This document shows positions 41,696 through 55,915 of a stretch of DNA of 64,000 nt, piece by piece. The stretch comes from Callorhinchus milii. Its lineage: Eukaryota. The notes under the pieces were generated by a model. The model was not told the origin of the DNA and ran no database searches. It saw nothing but the letters and a program-made list of their open reading frames with translations. The stretch lies in assembly GCF_018977255.1 (NCBI RefSeq), contig NW_024704742.1, positions 16,184,001 through 16,248,000 on the forward strand. The letters are read 5' to 3'. The position numbers were made by a program, and so were the translations under genes. The first letter of the stretch is position 1. The number at the start of each line of letters is the position of its first letter.

Positions 41696-44600
41696 ATATA
41701 TACCAAATAAAAAGATATCAAATGCAAGAATTATTAGTATTGATCATTATGATGACATTGTGGAATATTCCTCTGAATGTTTGGGGTGCAAAATAATAAA
41801 GTTATCTTCCTGCTGTTTTGTACTGTGTGTCACTATGCTGGATAGTCACACATACAGTAGAAGACAGCAAGAAGAAGGTCATATTTGGAAGGAAGTGAAG
41901 AACTACCACTATTTTAGTAGGATTAAATTCCCATATAGCTAATGCTTCCAATACAACAGAAATACAATCTACTCATGAGGTCCATCTGGGTTTAACTAAT
42001 GTGTGGTTTAACTAATGTCTAGAAAGAAGTGGTCAGACTAATAAATACGTGTTTTGTTTCACTGCACTAATAAATTAATAAAGTGTGGTTAATAAATGAT
42101 TTAAAATATAATTTATATTTTATGAACATAACAGAAACATGATATTTTTTCATATTTAAATGGCATGTATTGATGCATTAAACACTATGTAAATTAGTAG
42201 ACAGACAGACTATTGTATTCTGTTAAAAGCTAAGTACTGTTAATGTGTATTAAGGTCAAGTCAAAGAATATGTGTGTGGATAAACATTGAGTCATTTATG
42301 GCCCTTCAGCATTAAAAAAGACATCATATTAACATCGGCATCAGTGTCACTGCTTATTAATATTAATACACGTTTCCAATGAATATCCATGTTTTCACTT
42401 TTTGAGATTTATCGTTAATTTTTTTGTAAAAAAAATCAATTTTATTTAACATTGGACTTATCTGACCTTTCCAAGTGAAGCAAAGACACATACTTTGAAA
42501 AGCTCTGACTCGTAATTCTAGTAATGAATTTTTAAATATGTGTCAGATGGAAATAGAGAAAGCCCCGATTGATGTGGTGTAACACTTACACAAAATGTTA
42601 TTGCTGACTTATTCAATTTGCGATTGACTGTTAGGGCTCTGCTTCATGAGGTCATAAATCACACCTCTGAGGTGCATGAGTTTACTGAACCTGTAACTGC
42701 TAACACTTCATATGGATATGATACACTAACACAAACAAAAGCTACCAGCTGTTGAATAACATTAGGTGAGAGGACCGAAAATAATCTTAGGCTGCTCCTT
42801 ATTTAGGTTGCTTATTAAGATGAAAATGTTTGTGAGTGTGTAGTTATGGGGTGACATTGTTGGAATCTATGCATCCCTAAGTTACATTATTGTGCCAAAG
42901 CATATAATGCGGACTGTAAATTATCTATACAGATAGCACCAGTGGTTTACCATCATTATCAGTACTAATGGTTCAGATAAATACAATAAGGAAATGAGCT
43001 GTGTGACCTCCATGGAGATTCTCCACATGACCACTTGTAATGGCCATTGCACAGCGGTATGTACTCTTGGGAAACCACACGCCATTAGCAACACATTTAA
43101 AAAAAGAGATTGTTTCAATTAACTCATTGAAATGTTACAATTTCCCAGACGTTCTTGGACCATGGCAGGAAGGCACAAAGTGATGCCATTCCCTCTTCAT
43201 TTCAGCCTTCAATTTGGTATATTTGAAATTATAACGAGATACTCCACCTCCCATGCAGGTAAGTTCTCATTTGAACAGTATACCATGTTTAAATACATAT
43301 GTTGTTTAAATAGTGGATGAGATTATGTGTTGTGCTATTTGTATTGCTCTATTATAAAAGCCTTTCTGGTAGAGGCATAACAACTGTCTGTACTGCCTTA
43401 GCTGATCTCGGGTGGGCAGCATTTGGGCACTGCAATTGCTCATAGTAGAACTTAGTTAGATAGTGGAAAATGAATCAATGTTCCCAATATCTAATTGCTG
43501 AAAAGTGTGCATGCCATGTGAGAATAGGAACACGACAACTTGGCTGTAATACCACTACAATCAAATAGCCTGTCTTCAAGGCTCACACATGAATAAATTG
43601 TCATTTTAAATGCCTTTGTCCCATTCTGTGATATCTTGAAGTTGCACTCCACCCTCCCCCACCAATTTCCTCTATTCTGTGAACTCTGACCTGTTCCATA
43701 TCCCCCTCTGCCACACCATTGATGGGCAAACGTTCAACCATCTGACCTTGCTCTCTGAAACTGCCTCAGTTAATCCCCCTGACTCTACAAATCAAGCTTT
43801 CTGGGACTCTGTCCTTAAATCTCTCCTTTCCACTTTCAAACCCTTTCCAAAAAAGCTTCTTTTTTGACTTCATCTTTGGTCATCTCCCCCTCATCGCATC
43901 CCCCACCCTGCCCAGCAGTCACTGGCCTCCTTCACTTCCCCAACTTGTCCATCCCACCATCAGTGGTCGGACTTTTAGCCTATTTGCTCCTATTCTCTGG
44001 AACTCTATTTACTTGGTGCCTTCCCTGTGTCCATCTGAAGACTGCGCCTTCGGTCGTCAGAGATGTCGTCTTGAGTGAATGATCAGATCAGTGATCTGCT
44101 GTGTCTCTCTGTTCATGCAGTGAAATGTATTGGCATCACCTGCTTGTTTGGGGTTTGTTCAGTGGGTGAGGAAATTGTTCAATCACACCAATTTTTAAAA
44201 CTTTTCGAAACAGCGGGACGTTGTTTCTGTTTTTATTTTGGTGGCGGTGGAGGGGGGGGGGGAGGTCGTAGTGCTGAAAGTTATTTTGCTCTCTCTCTGC
44301 AGACCGAGTAATGATGAGCCACTTTCAATACCATAGAGGGCGGTGACAAAGACCGTCCTCCACGTATGCTGTGATTTGCTTACCACCTCTTTGGCCTTCC
44401 CTGAATCCTAGTTGGTAAGTTTACCTTGAATTTCGATAATTTAGTTTGGGAATTGTTCCGCCTCTAAACCCCCACTTGTGACTTCGGTTTGATATTATCA
44501 CGAAATTTCTTTCAGCAGTACCGCAGTTTTGTATTATGTCGTTTAATTACACGTAGTTTAAACACAACAGCGGATTTCAACAAATCATCTGGATGATTTG

Positions 44601-47213
44601 GGTAGTAAAATTTCAAATAGTACTTCCATTCCAGTAGCTTGGTTTGGGGTTCTACAGTTGTGTTAAGAAGCTCCTCTCCTTCACATTGTTCTTGGATGTA
44701 AATCATTGGATTGGAATTCAGCCCATTACAGGTTAAAATCTGAATAACAGAATGATATACAGAATAAGAGAATGATATTCTGTATAAAAATCGTAATAAG
44801 AGGGACCTTGCTGTCGAGAAATCCAAGATGAGTTTGTTAACTTTGCTTTCTCTAAATGTACAACTTGCAACGAAGCAATTCCCACGTTTTGCTTCGACTC
44901 ATTTATGCTGCACCCAATCCCCAACTGGTTGCATTCGAAACCTAGCAAATGATGCAATAAAAACTAAATACTAACATCCCAAATCCCCCCCATTGTAATC
45001 CCCTTTAATCTCTTGCACTATGTTCTTCCTTTTCAACTTTCACCTCAGTGACCCTTTGACATAATGTGTCCGGACAAATCTTTTGTCGGTTTCAATTTTA
45101 CGTGTAAAGAATTGGCAAATTGGCGAAGGGACGGTTGTGATTTGCACGTAATAACGGCAAAGATGTATTACTGAGTAGGGTGTGGATGCCTTATCCCTAT
45201 AAAGGTTTTCATTTAAATAATGCTACGGTGATAATGTACAAAATAGGTAGTTTATTTCCATTATCTTTTCTTCTTCCAGGATAAACCGAACCAGACAGAC
45301 AGAGCACGGACTTCTGACCAGATTGTCCTAATAGGAGTTTATGATGTTGGTTTACTTAACCTTTACTCGGCAGCTTAACCTCTGTCATAGCCAACAACTC
45401 ACTTAAATACATTGCTCAAAAAGTTAAGAATTGCCTTCATTTCCCAAGCGTGTTGTACCTTAGGTTCACTGATCTTATCTTACATCTTTGATGGATGTGG
45501 AGTCACATAAATGGATCAATAATGTTCATGTAAGTACGAAATTGTTTTTATTGGTATGTGTTTTCTGTAAAAAAAATCCACTGATTGTGTTTCTGTTTAT
45601 TCCAGCGTCCTTAAAGCGATGCATGTTACTGCCAACTGCCCTGTTCTCAGCAGATTCAACGAAACAGATCATGTGTGCGTTTCACTTTTCCTAAAAGTAG
45701 ATGGTGCGTAGCCATCACTGAGTAAAATAATACTATTGTCCTCTCCTACCATCTCTGGGTGGATTTGGTTACTGTATTTGCCAAAAGCAGCCCGAGCTGA
45801 TTTTTTCAGTGGTGAACTCTGACTGCCTTTGACACCAGCCCTATTCCGCAATGCAGAAACTACCACCTGCCCTTAACAGAGTCCTACCGTATTAGTCTGC
45901 AAAATCCTAGTGTGGAATCGTATGTTTGAATAAAAATATTAATTCTGTGAGGTTATCTGCATATCCTGCCCAGAGTAGCGTGAGTGAAAGGATAGCATTC
46001 TGCCGTAAAATGCTCAGAAAATCAAATGTAATTCTCATCCGAGTGAAAAATCATTTTGGGTGTTTGAATACAGGCCAGACAGACAAGGATTTGGTTCAAA
46101 TACATTCGCTGGTGAAAATTATGGATATAATTACAATGCAAACAAGTGCTCTGAGAGTACTGGTCGAGGAGTTGGTGTAGCATAGAATTAGGATGTTGGT
46201 AGACGTCCCAGTGAGTTTTCAGCAAGAAGTGCCTTCGGTGCCGAGGCTGTAAAGTGCAACAACAAAAGCGTATGTTTGTAATGCTACGCATTTAAATAAT
46301 GCGCTGTACATTAGATCGAAAAGGTACCTCATACAAAAAAACGATAAAGAGCTTCATAATTTTTGGTCTTCATTTTTTGGGGGCCGGGCGTGTCTGACAC
46401 AGACGCAAACCCATCACCGTGTTTAGAATTGCCCGCACCAAACTGAGGGCTCCAGACATCCCTTAACTAGTAACCCCTTAAACTACCGAACGACGCTCCT
46501 CGCGTGCAGAAAGTTATATAAATGCAAGCTCTTGTTCTTGTCAATACTCTTCCCATAAGAGTGATATTACACTCGGCTGTGAATTTTCAGCCACCTGGCA
46601 AGGCTTACTTAGTGACTTACAAGGCCTGTCCTCAATCAGCCCAGTGTCACTACAGTGTAATGTGTATCAAGTTGTAGTACTGATCAAATTCAGGGGGTTG
46701 TTATATTTCTCACTTTAATACTATAATTTCAATCTCAGTCCGTCCCTATTTGCATAACTATTACAATTGATAGCTGAGCGCTCGGTTATTTTATTTTATG
46801 CAAACCGAGCTGGTTAATCGAGCTCTGTCTGAATAAATCCAAACTTTCAAAGGAAGCAGTTTAGTTCACAAACGACGCACACCATCTTTTTACTTAAACA
46901 AGAGCGATGTCACTGTAAAATCTATACTTTGTTGCTGCCAAAAGATGTATGTTTAAATGATCACAATGAACACATGTTAATATTCAACGCTGTGAGTTTG
47001 AATCCTAAGCATCGGTAACCGCAAAAGTCTGCTGCTATGAATGTATCCATGAGAATATTTTCTTACCTATTTATACTGTCAGTCATCCCAGTACACAATA
47101 AACGTGTTAATTTTACCCCCTCCCCCCCACCCTTTAATGAGGGCGAAAATGCTAGAAAATAATTTAGCTACACGCTATGCTGAGGAACATGTGTTACTTC
47201 AGAGCGCTTACCT

Positions 47214-47545
47214 GAAGTCCTATCAGCTCAGTGGTTAGAGCACTCACCTCGCAACCAGGAAACCTGGGATCGAATCCCGGCAGGACCAAGTTTCCTTACT
47301 CTGGTTACCTAGCAGTAAGTAGGAATCTGGCTGTTAGTCGATTGATGGATCACTTTTCCGGGGGTAATAATTCCTTCAACAAAATAATAATGTTAAAATT
47401 GTCTGTGGGACGCTGCTGTGCGCAATTGGCTGCAGCGTTTCGCCCATAAAATATCTGGTCAATTCACTTTACAGTATATTCTGTGATGCGCTTTGAGACA
47501 TCTCGTGATAAGACGCTATATCAAATGCAAGTATAATTATTATTA
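47214..47545 (+). mobile_element. Full-length tRNA-derived SINE
   Basis: A box CAGCTCAGTGG, B box GGATCGAATCC, the shared body TGGGACGCTGCTGTGCGCAATTGGCTGC and an L2-like (TTA)n tail. Confidence 0.8.
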
Positions 47546-49237
47546 GCAGATCAAGTTTAGTTTTTAGTGTCCACAAAATGGCTGCAAAGGTGAAAATCTG
47601 CTTTCAAAATTGGTGTTGTTAGGAGTGTGGTGGGGAGAGGGGTTAATAGTGACCGGACACTTGCAGAGATTCCAGCTATGTTTTACCCCCCACCCCCTCA
47701 TCTTATATACAACACAGAGCACTTCTGAAACTTCTCCGTGGATTTAAAGTTGGCAGAAAACTTCAACCTTCCTCCCTGCAGTTATTAATAGCAAACATTA
47801 TTTGAAGCCAGCAATAACATTTTATTCAGTAATAAGAAGTGAACAGTATATAAGTTTCAATTCCCCATTATCTAATGGAGCAGATAGGAGGAACAGGCTG
47901 TTGTTTCTTGTAAAGAAAAAAACGCACCACGCATTTTATTTTCTCTTGCGTATTATTCGTGCAGATGAAATAAATCCCTCAAGACACGGGGTAACCTTAG
48001 ATGCCTTTGCTCTGCATTCACTCAGATAACATCATGGGCTTAAGGCTTCAATAACTTGAGAGGTGATCCTATTGTCGAAGGTGTAAAAAGACTTGAGTAA
48101 TGTTCGATCACACCTACTCTTGCAGTGTTAAAGCCTTGCAGCAAATAACAGGACGAAAGCATCAGCCTTAATTACCCACTCAATCAATTCACCAGATACA
48201 ATCTCCACACTCCATGGATCTTCTGTGCTGCCTCGTCAGTACTGGTGGGCGATACACAATGCAGCTTCTTGTTATTGTATATTGTTACTTAACTTTAGTC
48301 ATTTCAATTAAAATCAGTACGTTTTTCTTACTAGATATCATATCTATGTCCCATTATATCAATATAAAGGAATCAATCATATTTCCTCTTTTGTATAAAC
48401 TCTTTTCAAGGGATTCGGGTGCATTATTATTCAATGTGCGCACAGTAGCGGTATCTAACCATAAAAGACGGAGTATAAACTAAGTCCAGTTTTACATGGT
48501 AATTCTACAGGATTACGTTTTAGTCCAATGAACGGGACCAGTAAATATCAAAGGAATATACAAAAAAAGATTAAATGCAATTTGGATATGTGTAATGGGA
48601 TCAAATTGTTTTGATTAATAATAATAATTGATAATAATAATAATAATAATAAAGTGTGTAACTTGTTTTTTTATGTGTGTTTATTCGGTTAGCAATGGGG
48701 ACATTTTCAGTTCTGACCTCATTCTAAATTGTTCATTCATATATCTATTAATATAAATATGAATATTACCAGGAGAAAACACATCTGCACATTTTCCTTC
48801 CTGGCTGTTTTCAAACCGATGCAAATACATTAACAATTTCTGCGCTTCGTGGGAATCCTTCAATACTCCCAACTAGAGAAAGATAGATAGAGAGAGAGCA
48901 TCTATAGGTCATGAGTAATTAATGTTTCATGATAATTGCGCCAGTAGATCAATTATTTCTATTGACTATATATTTTCTGAATATATTGCCAATAAGTATA
49001 GGGGAGGTTCCCACTCGAGCTAACGGTATTTGCGACGAAATACTCTCTGGAATATAAGGTTTAATGAAGGAATCAGAGAAAATACATAACATTGAATACA
49101 AGAATCGTTGGAAGATGAATCAAATATTGGTGTCTACCTTACGCTGATTCCTGAATGTTATCTCTTTGATGCGTCGATACTACAAATAGTCTAAAAATGA
49201 TCGCTATATTTAGCGATTTAGAGTAAGATAGAATCGG

Positions 49238-49408
49238 TTGTTTAAAATAAGATACACCCATGTATTTTTTTAAAGTATTATTTACAATAGTATATTGTCT
49301 AAAATAAGATACACCCATGTATTTTTTTAAAGTATTATTTACAATAGTATATTGTCTAAAATACGATACACCCATGTATTTTTTAAAAGTATTATTTACA
49401 ATAGTATA
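49238..49408. repeat. 57-bp tandem repeat, 3 copies
   Basis: Units start at 49238, 49295 and 49352 (TTGTCTAAAATAAGATACACCCATGTATTTTTTTAAAGTATTATTTACAATAGTATA). Confidence 0.92.
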
Positions 49409-52400
49409 CAAAATATAGTAATACTTTATTTGGAGTAAATTTGGAGCAGTTAAGTGATGGTCTTCCGGGCGTAATAAACTCATGAAGGCTGTGGGATTCA
49501 GGTCATGAATGCTAACCCGAGGGTAATAGGAAGACAGGAATGCAGGCAGCCGAACAGACAGCTACATCCACCCCATCCTCAAAATATTCCTTTCAACGTA
49601 TGTAAATGAAAAAGACTTGCACTTATTTAGCGTCTTTGGCATAAAAGAATGTTTCAACATGTTTGCCGAAAGCAATGGTTGACATCTAACAAAGAAATCG
49701 GGCATCTAAAGATGTTAACCAAAATAGTGATTCAAGATAAGTGATTGTAGGAACAATATATGACATCGGTGAATTGTAGTGAAAGTAAAAACAGTCACAA
49801 CTATTCTATAGTTTTTTTATTTCCAGTATTAGTTAAAAGATTGAATATCAGATAACTAAATAATCGAGCAATTTGACATCCATACATGCACAATGTCAGA
49901 TGTTATCAAATTTGCTTCCACGACTGACTATCAATCCATTATTACACTTCAGACTTTTGTTCATAGATCTAACATAATGTTTAGCTTTTACCGTTGTTAT
50001 GTTAACCGAAGTGAATCCCCACGCATGACTGCTTTTAGAGAAAAAGAGAACTAAATACATTGCGCCCTGTTCGCTCCGAGCGGACTGACCAAATGGTGGT
50101 TGAAGAGGAGCAAAAGCCTTCAGTTCAATGTCCCCCTGTGCTTCATTACTGCCCTTTTTCACCCGCGTCCTCGTATACTTCAATTTATAGTATTTTGCAT
50201 TAATGAACGGCATCAGTATCTCTGACTGTTTTGTTTATCGAGCAGGCAAAATAATTCAAAATCACAGTTTGTCTTCAGTATTTATGTGAATTGACATTTA
50301 GCGACCTGTTCATTTTGCCTTGAATTTATATTGTAAAAGTTATTGGGTGTATTTCTCATATTTATTTGGCTTCCTTGTTTTGTGCCCCACAACGACCCAG
50401 TTCTGAATGTCTTCAAACCGTGCAGATACGATAACATTTCCATATGGAGTGTGTGAAAAAAGTCCACATTGATATTTTAGGACTCAGCATTTTTTTAAAA
50501 AAATGGATTGGCTCAATTTCCATCTCGCTGTTGCACAAGTGATTTTAGATCTACTGGTTTCGGTATGACGATGTGTACTTTAGTGCTGTTTGCGGTGCTG
50601 AATATGCTGCACAATCTTCTGGTCATGTGCTCTTCTTTGCCATTGGTTCTTACCCGAGAGAAAATGAAACTACGAGAGCTGGCTGTGGAAATTATCGCAA
50701 ATAACAGTGAAAAGGCTTCAGTAAAGCCTCTGCACATCCCATTTTAACAAGATTAATCTGCATGTTATGCGGTTTTCGCTGTGATTTGATCACTTGATAC
50801 TGAAATTCATTTTACTGAGGTGTGTTTGTTTAAAGCTCAATATCAGGGATTAAAACAATTAGCTACAACATAAATACTACATTGCAATTATGTACAACCA
50901 AACAGTTAAAACACAGTTTCTCTGTTTCACTGTGTTTTCACAGTTGAGAAAGTCTCAGTCTCAAAAGTCGCAGTCTCCTGGCAGCCCAGAGCATTTGCAG
51001 CCCAGATTTGGTCGCAGATGTCTATTAGTCCTGAGGTCTCACCGGTTCACATTCAATTTAAATAAAACTTCGGATATATTTAAAAATTTACACACATCCG
51101 TTAAGGTAACGACAAAAAGGATACAACGGCTTTATAATTTTATTTTAAAAGTGGCACAAAACAGAGCACGACCCGCAACTTCTTAAAATGTCACGTTATT
51201 TTCGTTGAACTCAATTACCCACATCTTTCATTTATTACTTGCAGTCTAATTTGCGCCGGGATCTGACATGTCTGAACTATAGAATTATTGCACCACTCTT
51301 TTTTTCTCAACAAGTGTCAGAGTTAATAACATTTCAGTCAGGAGTCGAAGCTAAAACGTCGTAAATCCACTTAACGCCAAATAATATCTATTAAAATTAG
51401 ATTTTAGTGCATTTTTACATTACATCAAAATTAACCATTGTAAGTATTTTCCATCTATAATTAGATACATTTCTCCACTGGCCAACAATCCAAATCAGAT
51501 CCCCGAAGTTAAACGTTTTAACATTATATGGTTTCAATTTGAACTAGACACTGACGATTAAATAATTATGCTTAAGGCTCACTGTATATAAAATGGGAAA
51601 TTATAGTCGAAACAAGTTAGTTCACGTCATTTTTACAATTGGTCGAAAAATGATGGTTCCTGTGAAGTGAATGAGATGTTATTTGAAAATCTGAAATTGC
51701 TAAAATCTATTTGCATATTCTTTTCCTGACGGTAATCTAAACTGTAATTTCCCACTAAATCTGTCCGCTATTGAGCCAGTGGGTGACACTTATGTTATAA
51801 CCAGCTCCTACACATTTCATAATTTGTGTTCTCAGAATCTATCACACTCCAGAAAGTTAACACTTTTAAAAAAAGAAATTATTTCGATTTCCACAAACCA
51901 ATTAACAATGGAATTATGCAACATGTGCCATATTGACCCTACCCTCTTACTCTGAAGTAAAAGTGCATATTGCCGATATCAATTTGTAATATTGAATTAT
52001 CAGAGTTCATACATAGAAATGACAGTTCTTCTGTAACAAGACCCATTCTACATTTTCGTCAAAGAATGAGTCGTCATTCTGCATGGATGGATTAAAACTA
52101 ACGTGGGCACAGATTATAAATCCCTCAATGCTTATTTTCCAATTATCTGATATTTTGTTTTCCCTTTATTTACTTAAAACTGTAATTTAATCCAGATGTT
52201 GACTGATACAATGATAATGTTCAAGGATTCACAATCATCCCTTTATTGCAATACAACTGATCGATTAACGCGTCAAAATCGAGTTAGACGAAACAGACAG
52301 AGATGCGAATATTCACTGATTTAAATAAGACCTCCCCGTTTCTGAATAATAGTTATTTTTCAATAAAATTCAAGATTATAGAGGAATGGGAATGAATTTG

Positions 52401-52919
52401 TCGAGACATTTAACCGGTTATGGCGAGGATTGTTCCAACACGCAAGTGTGGGCATGTGTTGAACCAGGCAGTGGCGTGACACACAGAGTGGGCATATTTG
52501 GTGCACAAGGATGACAGCTGAGTTGAAGCTGCATTGCGCCGAAGGTTAAGCAAATCTCCTGTGTACTTACACGAGATTGTTTTGCTTTTGCTAATACAAA
52601 GCTGTAAAATCTCTTTAAGCATGTCGAGCCTTTCCACGGGAATATGCATTTCACAACAGGGAACTCTCCCTACCCCCCACCCCCGTAATAGTGCCAGCAG
52701 GTTCATCTCAGATGTGAATTGTATTTTAAGTATTTTATTATTAGAATTTGCCAGGAGCTGTAATTACTTTAAATAACAATTTTCGCGTTTGATTGATGAC
52801 CCTCCAATGCCATGTAACAATTGACCGAACTGATAATTGCGTATTCAATTGATGTTAAATATTTGCTCCTTAAGTGAGAATCATTTGACAAACGTTTGGT
52901 CGAATTCTTGCTGGTGTTG

Positions 52920-53237
52920 TAATAATAATAATCCTTGCATTTGATATAGCGCTTTTCACGTCTTCTCGACGTCTCAAAGCGCTTCACAGAATATGCTGTA
53001 AAGTGAATTGACTGCATATTTGTGGGTGAAACGCGGCAGCCAATTGCGCACAGCAATGTCCCACAAACAGTCGTGGATTGAAAATGACCAATTTATTATT
53101 GTTTTGTTTTGGAGGGATTATTATTAGGCTCTGTGTGGAGTAAGGAAACTTGCCCAAGGTTTCGCCCTCTGCCTGGAATTGAACTCAGCTCTCTCACTTG
53201 CAAAGCGAGTGCTCTAACCACTGAGCTATAGGACTCC
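52920..53237 (-). mobile_element. Full-length young tRNA(Ala-like)-derived SINE
   Basis: Minus strand reads GGAGTCCTATAGCTCAGTGGTTAGAGCACTCGCTTTGCAAG…GAGTTCAATTCC…CCTTGGGCAAGTTTCC…AAGCGCTATATCAAATGCAAGGATTATTATT. Highly similar to 58200-58470. Confidence 0.85.
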
Positions 53238-55418
53238 ATAGTGTTGCACATCAAACCTTTAAACTGGTATTTAAAAATCAAGTATCAGTTACATATGCGT
53301 CCACATAGTTTTCCGACCCAATCATACATACTGATAATACCATTGACACTTTAACCTGTCAGCATCTTGGGACGTCCTCCCAAAGTGAAAGGCGCTATAC
53401 AAATGTAATGTTGTTATTTGTTGTTGATATGGGCAAACTCGCTTAAAAACGAACTGAATGGTTAAACTGTTCAATACCATTGCTTCACATTCTGGATGTA
53501 AAAATGCATGATGTCAATTCTTCATTGTCCATTCTGTATCGTTTCGTCTTTTTGTGTGTCCCAAATCCGACGAAAACCCCATTAATTTTACAATAGCTGA
53601 ATAGGTTGAAGACATATCACTGTGGGATACTTCGTAAAATAGTCAGTTCCAAAAGGAGAAAGTAAATAATTATCCTATGGATTAAATTACAGTGCACTGC
53701 TATAGCATAATATGGTACAATGAGATATGTGTTTACTTATTTTGGGAAAAAATACTGAAAGTTAAACTTGCATTATTTGGTTTTACAAGAGACCATTTCG
53801 CTGAGCAATAATAATAGCTGTAATATTTACTGCTATTGATAAATAGTATTTTATAACACAACTCAACTTTTAAGGCATACATTTAAAATGATACTCCATT
53901 GATCAATCACAATTAAATATTTGTAAACTGCGTAAAATAATCATAAATACATGGACGTCCATTATTTTTGTTAGTTATGATTTTTCCCTCTTTTAAATAT
54001 TGCAAGTACTACAAATATGTTTTAGAACCTATCGCTTTGATGTACTGTTAGCCACGATTAGACAGTAAGAGCAATCTCCAAATGTGAGAGTTTTGCTGGG
54101 ACATTATAATTGAAGCACCCTTCTTGAATAACCTTAGCCAATATTTTTGTAGAACAGTACTTGACCTTCAAACGCCCTATGTTGCCAGGCGTTATTGCGG
54201 TCAAGGTTGTCAGATACAAGCGTTTGGTTATCACACCTCAAAGTAATGTAAAACTTTAGGCAAACGTAAGAGAATTTTCCAATCGATGTATTTTACGTAG
54301 ACTGCTAAGCAATAAACCGAAGCATTGAATCATTCAGAGAAATAATTTTCACTACGAGAAAGCGATAGGTCAAACTATTGAACATTTGTACAGCAATGTG
54401 AGGAGGTCGAGAGACTTTACCATTAAAACTGCTAAAGTAGGATGCAGAACATTATATTGCCGCATATCCGCGAAAAGGTTTATTTATTTGGTTACTGGGA
54501 TGTACTAAAACCTAATTAAAAGAGACGTTTCAATTTTGTGAAAGTCACACTTTATTTTCTTTTTTCCGTGGCCAGATGTTCTCTTATTACAATGCTCACG
54601 TTTTATTGTTTTTTGTATCATCAACATACGTGCGGATAACATTGGCTTTAACTCTGAACATTGCACAAGAATTGTAACGTGACTGTAACATTTCAAGCTT
54701 ATTTCGAACATTGAAATTAATACATTTGTTTCCAAAAGCACCAGGACTAATAATTTAAGAAAGTCGCTTTGACGATAATCATCCTGCCAACTGTTTAAGT
54801 AAAAGGACAAGCAGCCTTTATACTGCTCAGTGGATGCACCTGAATTGCTTTCAAAATTATTTTCGATTTAATGGGAGGACGATTTGAGCTAGGAATGCTC
54901 TGAGTATGACAGAGACTGTTCTACAAAGAAGGCTGGCACATATATATATATGTGTGTGTATATATATATATATACCACGCATAAGATGCGCAAAACCAAG
55001 CTTGCATATAACACACATTCATTGAAAAAAATTGCATTCGATCGCGGCTTTGGATTCCCGTGCAATTGATGGTATCAAAACCAGACTTAAACACCAATAT
55101 TGCTTTACATCTGGTCCATATTGACTGCCTTTACGAATATGTCTTACAAGCAGCGATAAACACTTTAAGTTGCGATATTCTTGTTGTTTCTCAGAAACAA
55201 GCACACCCTCCCTCTTAAATATATATATATATATTTATATTTCTAAAGGTTTTATGCTCCTTAATACATAAATGCTAAACGTTACAGAACGGAATAAAAA
55301 CAGAGTGTATGTGAAATAAGTCTCTTTATGGTACAGGCTTTAAAAATGGAAAATTGCTACGTTGTTCTATATTGTGCCGCGCGATGAAGCGGTAGTTTGT
55401 CAGAGGGTTGGAGTCAAA

Positions 55419-55915
55419 TTAAATAATCCTGTTTTTATGGTTCTCGAGGAAAGCATAGGACAGGAAAGCGTTCCCTTGTGGAAGCAACGCGCCGTAGTAG
55501 GGCAGAAATGTATTGGAGTACAGAGAGGCGGCGGATTGTATCAGTTCACCGGGGATGGGTGGGAAGCTCTCCAGCTTGTGGGGGAAAGCCATGGGGAAGG
55601 GGCCCAGGCTGGCGGACTCGGTGCTGAGATGTGCGATCTCCAGTTCGCTGGCGAGCTGTCGCTTCCACTTATTCCGTCGGTTCTGAAACCAGATCTTGAC
55701 CTGGGTCTGTGTGAGCTGCAGGGCGGCGGCGAGCCCCGCCCGCTCCGAGCTGTTCAGGTACCTCTTCACATCAAACGTCGACTGCAGCTGAAACACCTGA
55801 TTGCGAGAAAAAACCGTCCTGGTTTTCTTCTTCCTCTCTTCTTTGTTCTCTTTTCGGGATTCACAGGTCGACTCACACTCACTCCTTCCGCTCTCCACCA
55901 CCTCCTCCGCCATTG
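55419..55915 (-). CDS. Additional divergent HMX/NK5 homeobox gene, exon 2
   Basis: Acceptor TTTTCTGCATATTTCAACAG|CA at 55916/55915 is in frame with exon 1. Homeodomain [60 protein letters not shown] (53/60 identical to Hmx1 here), then [10 protein letters not shown]. The frame is open to the stop at 55419. Confidence 0.88.

Noticed and set aside
49139..49483. 114-aa ORF with internal repeats, or a CRISPR-like array
   Set aside because: It is a plain 57-bp tandem repeat without spacers, in a vertebrate genome.
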